Of a stretch of 64,000 nucleotides of DNA, positions 38,893 through 48,068 are shown piece by piece (position 1 is the stretch's first letter; each line of letters begins with the position of its first letter). The notes under the pieces were generated by a model. It was given only the letters and a program-made list of their open reading frames with translations, had not been told where the DNA came from and searched no databases. Both the position numbers and the translations under genes were made by a program. Source of the DNA: an uncultured Verrucomicrobiae bacterium (GTDB taxonomy: Bacteria; Verrucomicrobiota; Verrucomicrobiia; Chthoniobacterales; JAFAMB01); the NCBI GenBank assembly GCA_963762565.1, contig CAVXLD010000001.1:832001-896000 (forward strand), read 5' to 3'.

Positions 38893-39354
38893 GAGGTAGA
38901 TCTCCTTGGTTAGGGTCAGCCCAGGGTCCTGCTCGACCTGAGCCAGGTCTCCCGATCGCTGGGCCGAGAAAGTTTCGGACTCACTTTGGTTAATTTCAAC
39001 TACTTAAATACGAACTACTTAAAATCGCTCTGTGCCTGCCCATACATTCCCCGCTGACTCCAAGGCGTAGTTCTGCTGCCCCCCCGGATGGGTGCCGCCT
39101 GTACTAAGGAACAGTCCGCTTCCCCGGCCACACCGATAGAGGTCTTGCTCCATTACCGAGCAATTTTCCTCTCGAAGAGACGTCCTAATTCGCCGGTCTG
39201 TGCTCGCATATCAGACTTCGCCAGATTTTACCAATCAGCTTTCCCCCCTTCGACGCGCCTGGCTTGAGCTTGTCGAAAGCAAACGCGGGGCTGCATTGAG
39301 CTCGTCGAGATGCCTGCATCGAGCTCGTCGAGATGCTCAGGGTAGGCTTCCCAC

Positions 39355-39434
39355 AAAAAGAGCGCCTCCACTTGCCTTCAAAGCGGAGGCGCCCGTCAAT
39401 AGCCCGGTTAGTTTCCCCAAACCACCAGACTAAA
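39355..39434 (-). ncRNA. Conserved two-hairpin RNA element, copy 3 (stand-alone; candidate sRNA 3' part)
   Basis: UAGUCUGGUGGUUU-GGGG-AAACUAACCGGGCUA plus GGGCGCCUCCGCUU-UGAAGGC-AAGUGGAGGCGCUCUUUUU; no porin CDS directly upstream. Confidence 0.7.
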
Positions 39435-39532
39435 TTGTCCATCCTGGCACTGCATTCTGTGGTCAGCTAAAACCCAAATAAAGTTCGAATTTAACCGAAC
39501 AGTACCTGACCGTTCTCAACTCATTTCTGGGC

Positions 39533-39592
39533 ATTGTCGAGTGCTGCAGGGTGGTTTCAGACGGATAGACACTTTTTCCCGATGATTAGATA
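39533..39592 (-). promoter_or_regulatory. Putative AraC-type promoter homologous to the porin promoter
   Basis: AGACACTTTTTCCCGATGATTAGATA vs GGATAAATTTTTCCGATGGTTAGATA at 35174; gtcga at the same -10 offset. Confidence 0.55.
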
Positions 39593-39679
39593 CAAAGCAT
39601 TAATGCAGCAATACTTATACAAATCAGGTATCAATTTTCACAGAAAATATAAATCGCATTTCCATTGATAGATCGACCA

Positions 39680-40600
39680 TTAGCCGGCAGGCGTTGTCCT
39701 GGCGGCGGCTGTGTCGGATGGGGTCAAAATCTGCCCATTAATGCGCAACGACCAATCCCGACGGTATTCTGCGGCCGTCGATCCGGATTGTTGACGAAAA
39801 ATCCGAGCGAAATGCTGGCTGGTTGCAAAACCGCAATCCTCAGCAATCTCGCCGATACTCAGGCTCGACTCCTTCAACAACGTCTGAGCATGCTCCACCC
39901 GGACCTTATTGAGGACCTTGTGAATCGAGCTGCCGACCTGTCGACAAAACAATTGGGCTAAACGGGACCGAGACATTCCCGACTCGCTGGCCAGCCGCTC
40001 GAGGGACCAATTCTCCCGGAACCGTGTCTGCAGAAGGTTCAAAGCGCGCGAAACCGCCGGATGCACGACAACATTTGCCGCTCTTCTATCCCCGTCAGTG
40101 CCAGCTCTGACAATCTCTAGAAGCAAAGCGTCCACGCCCAGGCGGAGCGCTGCCGCTTGATAGTGAGATGGGGTAGCGGCTTCAGTGACGATCCGGGCAA
40201 ACAGCTGTTCAAACTGATAGACCTCGTGAAGAACCACAACTTCTCGCAAAAGGCCTCTCAAGTTCCACTCGGAATGCCGAGCGATGATGGCGGGAAAATG
40301 CAAACCAAGGCAGAGACGACGATGGCGCGCTTCGGTTCCTTGGCGAAGCCAATGCTCGGTCCCGGTAGTCACGCTCCAAAACGACCCGGCGCTCAGCTGG
40401 AACCCGCGCCCTCCGGTGACATAAAGCTCGCTGGTTCCTTCGGCGACGTAACCTACTTCCCAGTAACGATGTTGATGTCCCTCCTCTTGCCATCCAGGCG
40501 ACTCTCGGTGCTCGCCGAAATCTACTACCTCAGAAACTATCTGATTTAGCGCAACGGCATGAAAGCCGTTGATTACTCCTTTGGGCGTAACAGTTTGCAT
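39680..40600 (-). CDS. AraC family transcriptional regulator (paralog of 35546)
   Basis: EVVDFGEHRE, HPAVSRALNLLQTRFRENW, DCGFATSQHFARIF. Confidence 0.93.
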   Translation of the reverse strand: MQTVTPKGVINGFHAVALNQIVSEVVDFGEHRESPGWQEEGHQHRYWEVGYVAEGTSELYVTGGRGFQLSAGSFWSVTTGTEHWLRQGTEARHRRLCLGLHFPAIIARHSEWNLRGLLREVVVLHEVYQFEQLFARIVTEAATPSHYQAAALRLGVDALLLEIVRAGTDGDRRAANVVVHPAVSRALNLLQTRFRENWSLERLASESGMSRSRLAQLFCRQVGSSIHKVLNKVRVEHAQTLLKESSLSIGEIAEDCGFATSQHFARIFRQQSGSTAAEYRRDWSLRINGQILTPSDTAAARTTPAG

Positions 40601-41223
40601 TCTGCCGGTCTTACCGCACCCACCAGTTACCGCGGGGATACGGTGATCACCTCCGCGACGGGCTCCAGGACTGGTTTAGCAGAATCTGTTCCTGACTCGG
40701 TTACAAACAAGTCTCACCTTCATGTCAGAGCATTTCCTCCATCGTAAGCTGGTCCGCTACGACCCGGTTTGTCGAAAACCCAGACAGCAGCGGTTCTGTT
40801 CAAATAGGTTTAACAAATCAGCCCGCTCGTCAAGTTTCGCGGATTCAGATTGCTAACTGCATTCTGGAATTAGCTATTTGCAAAACGAAATGCAGGGAAA
40901 CTTTTTGGAGCGGCCATCTATAGCGGCCCGGCGGCTGCAGTTGCCGCGAAGCGGCTTAAGATCATAGCCCAGGGCCGAAAGCGCGCCGCGAGGACGTGTT
41001 ACAACCCTTAGGGTGCGTTTTCGCTCGCGATCGTAATACGTCCTCAACTTCGGTAACAACGGATCGCGAGGACGCGATCCCTCCCGGGCGATGGGCCTAC
41101 ACACAATGCGACCCGCGCCTGGCACAATCTCAAACCAAAAAATTCTTGTCCAAATTGCGCCGGCTCATTCGTCGCAATCTGAAAGCTACTGGCCATTGGC
41201 CGCTAACTAAAAGGACAAACCTC

Positions 41224-42021
41224 ATGATCGCCACTGAGACTGATATCAATTTTCGCAACGTCGTTTCCCGAACCGAGTGGCTTAAAGCCCGACTCGAACT
41301 ACTCGAGAAAGAGAAAACGCTAACGCGCACCCGAGACCAGATTAATACGGCGCGGCGCGAGTTGCCAATGGTCCGGATCGACGAGAATTACGTCTTCAAC
41401 AGTACTGACGGCCCGAAATCTCTATCGGACTTGTTCGAGGGACGTTTACAGCTCGTTGTGTACCACTTCATGTGGCATTGGGAAAACGGCCAGGCGCTGA
41501 ACGACCCATGCCCGGGTTGCTCAGGCTGGGCCGACCAGGTCACCCGTGGTCACTTCAATATTTTACACTCACGCAATACCACCTTAGCGCTCATTTCGCG
41601 GGCTCCACTCGCGACGATCTTGGCTTTCAAGGAGCGCATGGGCTGGACCATACCCTGGTACTCTTCTTTCGGGAGCTCGTTCAACTACGATTTTCACGTT
41701 AGCCTCGACGAGGCCGTCACTCCCATGACCTACAACTATCGCACACCAGAGGAACACGAACGCGCTGGCACATCGGGTTACCTTGAGGGCCAGCAACCGT
41801 TTGATTTACCCGGGATCAGCTGTTTTCTCCGCATGGATATCGAAGTTTTTCACAGTTATTCCAGCTACGGTCGCGGGAGCGAAGCGGCAGGCGGCGGAGC
41901 GTATCTCCTCGATCTGACAGCCCTTGGCCGACAGGAAGACTGGGAAGAGCCTCAGGGAAGATCGGTTGGCAAGAGCCTACCGCCAAGGCCCGACCTGAAC
42001 CCTTATCCCGATCAATATTAA
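41224..42021 (+). CDS. DUF899 family thioredoxin-like protein
   Basis: EW..AR..LL.KEK.LTR..D....RRELP, DLFEGR.QL.VYHFM, CPGCS, MGW..PWYSS, LDLT..GRQE.WE. Confidence 0.9.
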   Translation: MIATETDINFRNVVSRTEWLKARLELLEKEKTLTRTRDQINTARRELPMVRIDENYVFNSTDGPKSLSDLFEGRLQLVVYHFMWHWENGQALNDPCPGCSGWADQVTRGHFNILHSRNTTLALISRAPLATILAFKERMGWTIPWYSSFGSSFNYDFHVSLDEAVTPMTYNYRTPEEHERAGTSGYLEGQQPFDLPGISCFLRMDIEVFHSYSSYGRGSEAAGGGAYLLDLTALGRQEDWEEPQGRSVGKSLPPRPDLNPYPDQY

Positions 42022-42165
42022 CGAGGGGGAACGCCGCGAACGCACGTGACCGCCGCGAACCCGGTAGGGCGAACTTCTCGGCGCGCCCAGGATTCTGAAC
42101 TCAGACTGGAAAAAATCGCGCCGGTTTTGAGCCGTTCCGTGAAGCTGTTACACGCACGGCGCGGC

Positions 42166-44061
42166 TCACACGGAGCGTCGCATCCAAACCTGCATCTCGC
42201 CAGGTTCACGATTTGCCCAGGCGTAGTACGGAATCGCACACAGCTCGACCGGCTCGGTCGTAGGAGGATGCTCGGTGTAAAGCGCGTCTGGACCATTCGT
42301 TTCCTTAACAGCGCCCCCTTTCAATACGGTGATGCCACCCAACAAATCATTGGCTTCAACTGGGCGGAAGTCCGCTTCTGAGGGCAGCACGTACCGATCC
42401 AGATCCGGCCCATTATCCGCCTGCTCAATACAGTAGACCAGCGGCCCTCGAGTTAAAGCCGTGCGCCCTCGATCGGCTTCGACGTCAAAGCGGGCAAACT
42501 TCTGGCGTACCGGCATTTCGAAATCTAATTCGATCCTGTCACCGTTGTTCCAGACTCTACGCAAATACACATAACCCTTCTCAGCTTCGGTGCTTTGGGA
42601 TTGACCGTTGATTTTGAGCGCGGTTTTGCCGGACCATCCCGGAACCCGAAGCACAAGTGTTTTGTCACTCGGAGCTTCGGTAGCAATCTCGATAGAATTG
42701 TGACCCGCGAACGGTAGACCGCTTTGAATCGATAGACGAATACCGGGGAACGAAGCCTCACAACTCACATACTGGTGTATCGCGATTCCTTCTGATCCTT
42801 CGCTCAGGAGATAGCCGGAAAGCGAGCTAATTACCCGCGCCAAATTCTGCGGGCAACACGGGCACCACCACGGCCAAGCAACCCGGTGATGTGCTCCCCG
42901 GCTCGTCAGTGGATTGTCATAAAAGAAGGATTCACCATCCAGGCCGACCCCGGAAAGGATACAATTGTAAAGCGCCAGCTCCATGACATCGGTGAACTCC
43001 GAATCCAGCCGGGTCTGTACCAGCCGATGGCCGAACAGGAATAACCCAATCGAAGCGCACGTTTCGGCATAGGCTTTTTCGTTTGGAAGATCGAAATCGC
43101 GCGTAAAACCCTCATTTTCGGACGCGGACCCGATACCGCCGGTCAAGTAGAGCTTCGTATCAATCACATCACGCCAGAGACGTTCAGCAGTCTCTAACAG
43201 GCTCGCATCCTTGGTCGCTACGCCGACATCGACTACCGCCGACAACAGATACATGGCCCGCACCGCATGACCGACCACCTTGGTCTGCTGGCGGATCGGC
43301 TCATGTGCTTGCATGTAGGCATAGGGCGAACCCGGATGGTTCGGACGAAATTCGCGTCTATCCAATCGTTCAATCGCTTCGCGCTCGAAGTAGTTAGGGG
43401 ACGCACCTCTCTCGTCGATAAAGAATCGACTCAGTTCAAGATAGCGAACGTCACCGGTCAATCGATACAGCCGCATCAAAGCGAGCTCGATCTCGGGATG
43501 GCCGCAGTACCCATTCATCTTACCCGGGCCCTTACCAAAGCGCTCACACAAGAGATCTGCATAGCGCCGAGCGATACTCAACAAAGTATCCTTCCCGGTC
43601 GCTTCGTGGTGGACTACGGCCGCTTCAATCAAGTGCCCGGCACAATAAAGTTCGTGTAAATCTCGTAGATTCTTGAACCGGTGACGAGGGCGCCAGGTGA
43701 GAATATGGCTATTAACATAGCCGTCCGGCTGCTGAGCCCGCTCGAATCGCGCGATAATGTCATCCACCAGTTTTTCCAATTCCGGATCCTGCGTCTGCTG
43801 GAGCCGGGCCGCAGCGGCTTCCAACCACTTCGCCAAATCGGAATCCCAGAAAATGCTCCCGCCCCAATACCAATCATCACCGACAGCGCGACCCCGATGC
43901 ATCTTCTGATCCAGAGCCAACGCATCTATTTGACCTTCGCCCTGGAGCTGGCGGAATTCATGAAAAAGCGTGGTGCTCCCTATTAAGTCCCTCCACCGTT
44001 TCCAAAAGCCGTCGACGATCGTAACTCTGCTAGGGGGGACCGGAGACCAACTCGCTTCCAT
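42166..44061 (-). CDS. Glycoside hydrolase family 127 (beta-L-arabinofuranosidase-like)
   Basis: WDSDLAKWLEA, HELYCAGHLIEAAV, GHAVRAMYL, YAETCASIG, CPCC, PYYAWANR. Confidence 0.93.
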   Translation of the reverse strand: MEASWSPVPPSRVTIVDGFWKRWRDLIGSTTLFHEFRQLQGEGQIDALALDQKMHRGRAVGDDWYWGGSIFWDSDLAKWLEAAAARLQQTQDPELEKLVDDIIARFERAQQPDGYVNSHILTWRPRHRFKNLRDLHELYCAGHLIEAAVVHHEATGKDTLLSIARRYADLLCERFGKGPGKMNGYCGHPEIELALMRLYRLTGDVRYLELSRFFIDERGASPNYFEREAIERLDRREFRPNHPGSPYAYMQAHEPIRQQTKVVGHAVRAMYLLSAVVDVGVATKDASLLETAERLWRDVIDTKLYLTGGIGSASENEGFTRDFDLPNEKAYAETCASIGLFLFGHRLVQTRLDSEFTDVMELALYNCILSGVGLDGESFFYDNPLTSRGAHHRVAWPWWCPCCPQNLARVISSLSGYLLSEGSEGIAIHQYVSCEASFPGIRLSIQSGLPFAGHNSIEIATEAPSDKTLVLRVPGWSGKTALKINGQSQSTEAEKGYVYLRRVWNNGDRIELDFEMPVRQKFARFDVEADRGRTALTRGPLVYCIEQADNGPDLDRYVLPSEADFRPVEANDLLGGITVLKGGAVKETNGPDALYTEHPPTTEPVELCAIPYYAWANREPGEMQVWMRRSV

Positions 44062-44090
44062 GAAACACTTTTCATTGCGAGACATGGAAC

Positions 44091-44131
44091 CACAACTTAA
44101 CTGATCCGTAGAAAGGCGGCACAATTCCGAC
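44091..44131 (-). promoter_or_regulatory. Shared regulatory site upstream of GH127 (also at 49879-49919)
   Basis: cacaac-N10-cgtagaaaggcggcacaattccgac vs cacaac-N10-cgtagaaaaaccggacaattccgac. Confidence 0.65.
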
Positions 44132-44190
44132 CTCAGCAAACCAGGGGCTGGGAGCTAGAATCTTGGAGCTAGGAGGGGCGGGTGGGCGTT

Positions 44191-44480
44191 GGTGGGGCGA
44201 GGCTCCCGAATGGCCTGAAACATCAAGCGAAGATCCGGATTTGGTGAAACCGATGAGTGTGCTTCACCAACTGGCGTGCCGAGCCGCGTCCCAGCATCCG
44301 CCATGCTACGGGCGTAGCGAAAAGCTCGGCGAATGGTCGACTCAGTAGGAGGGCGGTATACGGGCCCAGGTGGCAAACGCTCGACACGGCTCGGCAGCGC
44401 ACAGACACAATGCACCGATGATTTCGGCATACTCAGTCCCCGGCGAAACGTTTCAGGCCTCCAGGGAGCCTCGCCCCACC
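44191..44480. mobile_element. REP-derived MITE-like element family B
   Basis: ggtggggcgaggctccc / gggagcctcgccccacc; internal homology to 49949-50240 in inverted orientation. Confidence 0.75.
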
Positions 44481-44578
44481 AGAGTTGACGCCAATGGCCC
44501 CGTGCCGGACGATCTCCCTGAACCCAGCCACCTTTCACCTTTCACTATCACTTCCCTTCACCCCCCTTCCCCCTCCCA

Positions 44579-45442
44579 ATGCCCGCTCCACCGAACCAGC
44601 TGGTGATATCAACTCAAACGGCACTCTCGGCCTCAAACGGCGGACTGTTCATTGCGCCTGGTTACGTTTTACATCCAGAGCGCGAATTGGCTTCGTTCGA
44701 GCTGATCTTTGTTCGTTCCGGTGTCCTCCGGCTGTGGGAGCGGTCCCACGCTCTCGCGCCCCACGGAGAGAGTCAGAATCGATTCGAAATTTCGCCTGGC
44801 CATACTTTGATCTTGTGGCCCGGCCGGAGACACGGACCCAGCACGCCGTACGAGCCAAAGACATCATTTTATTGGCTACATTTCGAAGTCGACTCTGCGC
44901 CCGCGGCAGCCGGCGCCGTGGTACCTCAGGTTGCAAACGTCCCTCGGCCGTTACGGCTAGTCGAATTATTCAGGCGATTTCTTGACGACCAAGAGAACGA
45001 CGATTTGGAACCGAACTATGCCGCAACGCTGGTAAAGCTGATGTTGCTGGAGATTGCCCAACAGGATCGCGCGAAACACGGGAAACGCGGGCAACTGCCC
45101 GCGCGCAAACTAGCCGCCACCGCCCAAGTCGCGATTGGTAAGAGATTTCGAGAACCGATCACAACTTCGGAGATCGCCCGGACTCTGCATTGCAACCCGG
45201 ACTACCTGGGCCGGGTCTATCGGGAAACATTTGGGCATAGCCTTACGACCGGAATCCACCAAGCGCGGATGCATCACGCCAAGAATCTTTTATTGCTCAG
45301 CTCACTAAACGTGAAAGAGATCTCCGCAGCCTGCGGTTACGAGAACCCGGATTATTTCAGGCGCATGTTCCGCCGATTTTTCGATATGCAACCGAACCAG
45401 TTCCGGTCGTTGCATCCGCGGCAGCATACGAACGCGGCTTAG
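44579..45442 (+). CDS. AraC family transcriptional regulator
   Basis: HPERELASFELIFV N-domain; CNPDYLGRVYR and ACGYENPDYFRRMF HTHs. Confidence 0.92.
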   Translation: MPAPPNQLVISTQTALSASNGGLFIAPGYVLHPERELASFELIFVRSGVLRLWERSHALAPHGESQNRFEISPGHTLILWPGRRHGPSTPYEPKTSFYWLHFEVDSAPAAAGAVVPQVANVPRPLRLVELFRRFLDDQENDDLEPNYAATLVKLMLLEIAQQDRAKHGKRGQLPARKLAATAQVAIGKRFREPITTSEIARTLHCNPDYLGRVYRETFGHSLTTGIHQARMHHAKNLLLLSSLNVKEISAACGYENPDYFRRMFRRFFDMQPNQFRSLHPRQHTNAA

Positions 45443-45451
45443 CCGCGTTCG

Positions 45452-45552
45452 GTGATGAGAAGTGAGAAGTGATTAGTGAGAGGTGATTGGTAGCAGCGGT
45501 CGCGCTACTTCTCACTTCTCACCTCTCACCAATCATTTCTCACCTCTCACCT
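45452..45552. repeat. Inverted heptamer arrays (GTGAGAR / YTCTCAC)
   Basis: gtgatgagaagtgagaagtgattagtgagaggtg ... cttctcacttctcacctctcacc; overlaps the 3' end of the gfo gene. Confidence 0.8.
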
Positions 45553-46567
45553 CCACCCACCTCCCCTGCTCGGCACTCTCAATCGCCGCCAAGACCATCG
45601 CTAGGCTGTGAATGTTGTCGGAGGAGCGAGTCTCCGGAGGCGGCCCACCATCGAGTGCCGATATAAATTGGTGCATCACACTGAAGTGACCGCGCGTTTG
45701 GGTTGGATCTGGTTCGACGGATGGGAGCACTGTTTCCATCTCTTTCAGGAACGCGTTGGGTTGGGCTGTCAGATGATCTGCTGGCAGTCTTTCGGCCTTT
45801 AGGTCTTCGCCTCCGTCCCAAATCAAAGTTCCTTTGGCGCCGATAACTCGCCAAACGCCTTCCCACGAAGTCCGGAACCCATCGGCACACCAGCTAGCAC
45901 GGTAGGAAAACCGGACACCTCCGCTCATCCGAAACACCGCGACTACGGAAGGTCCGCTCGCGTACCAGGAATTCTTGGGGATCCACTCTTCGCAGAACAC
46001 GGCTTCGGCGTTTAGCCCGGTTACAAATCGCGCCGCGTCAAATGCATGAATGGCCATATCGGCCAGGAGAACATGAGGCATGACCTCCCGAAAACCGCCA
46101 AAATGAGGAGCAATAAAAAAATCGACGTGAACAGTGGTCAATTCTCCGATGGCCCCTTGAAGCAACATCTCGCGCAGCTGCCTTATCCGGCGATTGAAAC
46201 GGCGGTTCTGGAGAACGACGTGCAGCTTTCCGGCGTTCTCAGCCAATGCGACTAGGTCCGCTGCGTCTTGAAAGTTTAAGGCCAAAGGCTTCTCCTCGAG
46301 CACATGCAATCCGGCAGTCAGCGCGGCGGAGGACACTTCTTTGTGCGCGGCTGGGATGGTGCAATCAAACAAAGCATCGGCCGGAACCTCCCGAATTGCA
46401 GTCTTAAGGTCGGTGTAGACCGGCACATCCAAGTTGAATTCTTGGGCTCGAAGCCGGGCATTCTTCTCTTCGATGTCGACCAAGGCCCTGATTTGGATGC
46501 CCAACTCAGCCGCCGGCCGGAGCCAATTTGGGCTCATCGCCCCACAACCGACATGGATAGCACGCAT
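45533..46567 (-). CDS. Gfo/Idh/MocA family oxidoreductase
   Basis: VGCGAM, HVLEEKPLA, QNRRF, DMAIHAFD. Confidence 0.92.
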   Translation of the reverse strand: MRAIHVGCGAMSPNWLRPAAELGIQIRALVDIEEKNARLRAQEFNLDVPVYTDLKTAIREVPADALFDCTIPAAHKEVSSAALTAGLHVLEEKPLALNFQDAADLVALAENAGKLHVVLQNRRFNRRIRQLREMLLQGAIGELTTVHVDFFIAPHFGGFREVMPHVLLADMAIHAFDAARFVTGLNAEAVFCEEWIPKNSWYASGPSVVAVFRMSGGVRFSYRASWCADGFRTSWEGVWRVIGAKGTLIWDGGEDLKAERLPADHLTAQPNAFLKEMETVLPSVEPDPTQTRGHFSVMHQFISALDGGPPPETRSSDNIHSLAMVLAAIESAEQGRWVEVRGEK

Positions 46568-46573
46568 GACTGA

Positions 46574-46698
46574 GTTTTAAGTTATAGGTTTTAAGTTTCA
46601 GGTTTTAAGTTCGGGGGCGCAGACCGGAAGGGTAGGTCGCGCAGTAAGAGCCTCTTAACGTAAAACTTACAACCTAAAACCTAAAAACTCGTAACTTG
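46574..46698. repeat. Inverted heptamer arrays (GTTTTAA / TAAAACY)
   Basis: gttttaagttataggttttaagtttcagg ... taaaacttacaacctaaaacctaaaaac. Confidence 0.75.
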
Positions 46699-46702
46699 TA
46701 AG

Positions 46703-46756
46703 TGGGAACCGGCGATGAGCAGACTCCCCCAAAAACAGCATCACCACCGGTTCCCA
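46703..46756 (-). other. 3' UTR hairpin with a UUUGGGGG loop after the SBP gene
   Basis: UGGGAACCGGUGGUGAUG-CUGUUUUUGGGGGAGUCUGCU-CAUCGCCGGUUCCCA. Confidence 0.6.
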
Positions 46757-46775
46757 AGGCTAAGGATGACAGCAA

Positions 46776-48020
46776 TTACTTCTTCGCTGCAAGTGGCTTA
46801 ATCTTGGCAGCTGCTTCCGCTAGGGCGGCATCGACGGTTTTCTGGCCGGTAAGCGCTTGCTGGATAGCCGTGCGCGCGTCCAGAGAAACTTTAGTGTAGG
46901 CCGCTCCGCCTTCTTCCGGCCGGGCGCGAGCTGTATCCATTTGCAGAACAAAAGGCTGTAATTCGGGATTCGCCTCACCCTGTTTTTGGGCCACGGTGCG
47001 CACAGAAGAAATGTAATTGAATGTATTACACAATTTCTCCAGGCGATCCGCATCCTGAACAAACTCGATGAATTTCATGGCTGCCGCTTCCACCTTCGGG
47101 TCGCCCTTCATGACACACCACACCTCGCCTCCCAACGGGACCACCGGTTTCCCGCCTTCTTTCGGCACTGGGATTGGGGTGACCTCGAAGTCAAGTCCGC
47201 TCTTGTGCACTTGGCCTAGCATCCACGGGCCCATCACCATCATCGCTGCTTGCCCGCTGATGAACTGGTTGGCCACATCTCCTTGGTTCCAATTCACTAC
47301 GTCCTTGGATACCGACCCTTTTTGCACGAGATCAACCCAAAGCTGTAATGCTTGCTTAGCCGGTGCTGCGTTTAGGTCGAGTAGGCTACCGCCGTTGCTC
47401 CATAGAAATGGTTCCCATTGCCAGGTGGCTTCTTCGGTGTTCGTTGCCGAAAACACCAGGCCATAAACCGGGCTCTTGGTGAGCTTAGCGGCGTCTGCCG
47501 TCAATTCGTCCCAGGTCTTGGGCGGGTCCGTAATCTCGGCGTCGCTCAGCATCTTCTTATTGGAGAAAATAGCGAGACTGTTACTGCCGATCGGTACCCC
47601 GTAAACCTTTTCGCCTTCGGTGACCGAATGTTTCGGCCCGGGGTAGGTGTCCTTCCAGGTTGGCAACTTCGCGACACTTGCGCTGATGTCCTTCAGGACG
47701 CCAGACTTGGCAATGAACCTGACATCCGGGTTATCAATACAAGAAATCCCTGGCGGCTTGTGCACGGCGGCCATCTGCAGGGTGCGGCTGACCAGTTCCG
47801 CAAATGGGATGTAAGTGAACTTAATTTTGATATCAGGGTTGGCCGCCTCGAAATCCTTTTGGATATCGGCCAAACCTTGGAGCTGGTCCGGGACGTTGAA
47901 GTAATGGACGATTTCAACCGTGGTTTCCGCTCGCGCGGCGCCAAGGCAGACAAGGACGGAGCTACAAATCAGAAATCTCCGCCAGAGCGGAAATGTTCTA
48001 GAGGGTGGTTTTAGGGGCAT
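46776..48020 (-). CDS. Sugar ABC transporter substrate-binding protein
   Basis: Signal peptide; NPDIKI, YGVPIGSNSLA, PPKTWDEL, AMMVMGPW, LGGEVW. Confidence 0.92.
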   Translation of the reverse strand: MPLKPPSRTFPLWRRFLICSSVLVCLGAARAETTVEIVHYFNVPDQLQGLADIQKDFEAANPDIKIKFTYIPFAELVSRTLQMAAVHKPPGISCIDNPDVRFIAKSGVLKDISASVAKLPTWKDTYPGPKHSVTEGEKVYGVPIGSNSLAIFSNKKMLSDAEITDPPKTWDELTADAAKLTKSPVYGLVFSATNTEEATWQWEPFLWSNGGSLLDLNAAPAKQALQLWVDLVQKGSVSKDVVNWNQGDVANQFISGQAAMMVMGPWMLGQVHKSGLDFEVTPIPVPKEGGKPVVPLGGEVWCVMKGDPKVEAAAMKFIEFVQDADRLEKLCNTFNYISSVRTVAQKQGEANPELQPFVLQMDTARARPEEGGAAYTKVSLDARTAIQQALTGQKTVDAALAEAAAKIKPLAAKK

Positions 48021-48068
48021 TTTATCGGGTATTTTTGATGTTTGGGGGAAAGTGGTTTGGAGTACGTC

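Noticed and set aside
39030..39115. Possible degenerate third copy of the porin leader (ttcc..aaggc..aggaacag)
   Set aside because: Spacing differs, the AAGAG/CUCUU helix is absent and no CDS follows; the match is too weak
39185..39442. ORF MDNLVWWFGETNR... over RNA copy 3 as a small peptide gene
   Set aside because: The other two copies lack this ATG and stop early; the frame runs through a terminator; variation fits RNA pairing rather than codons
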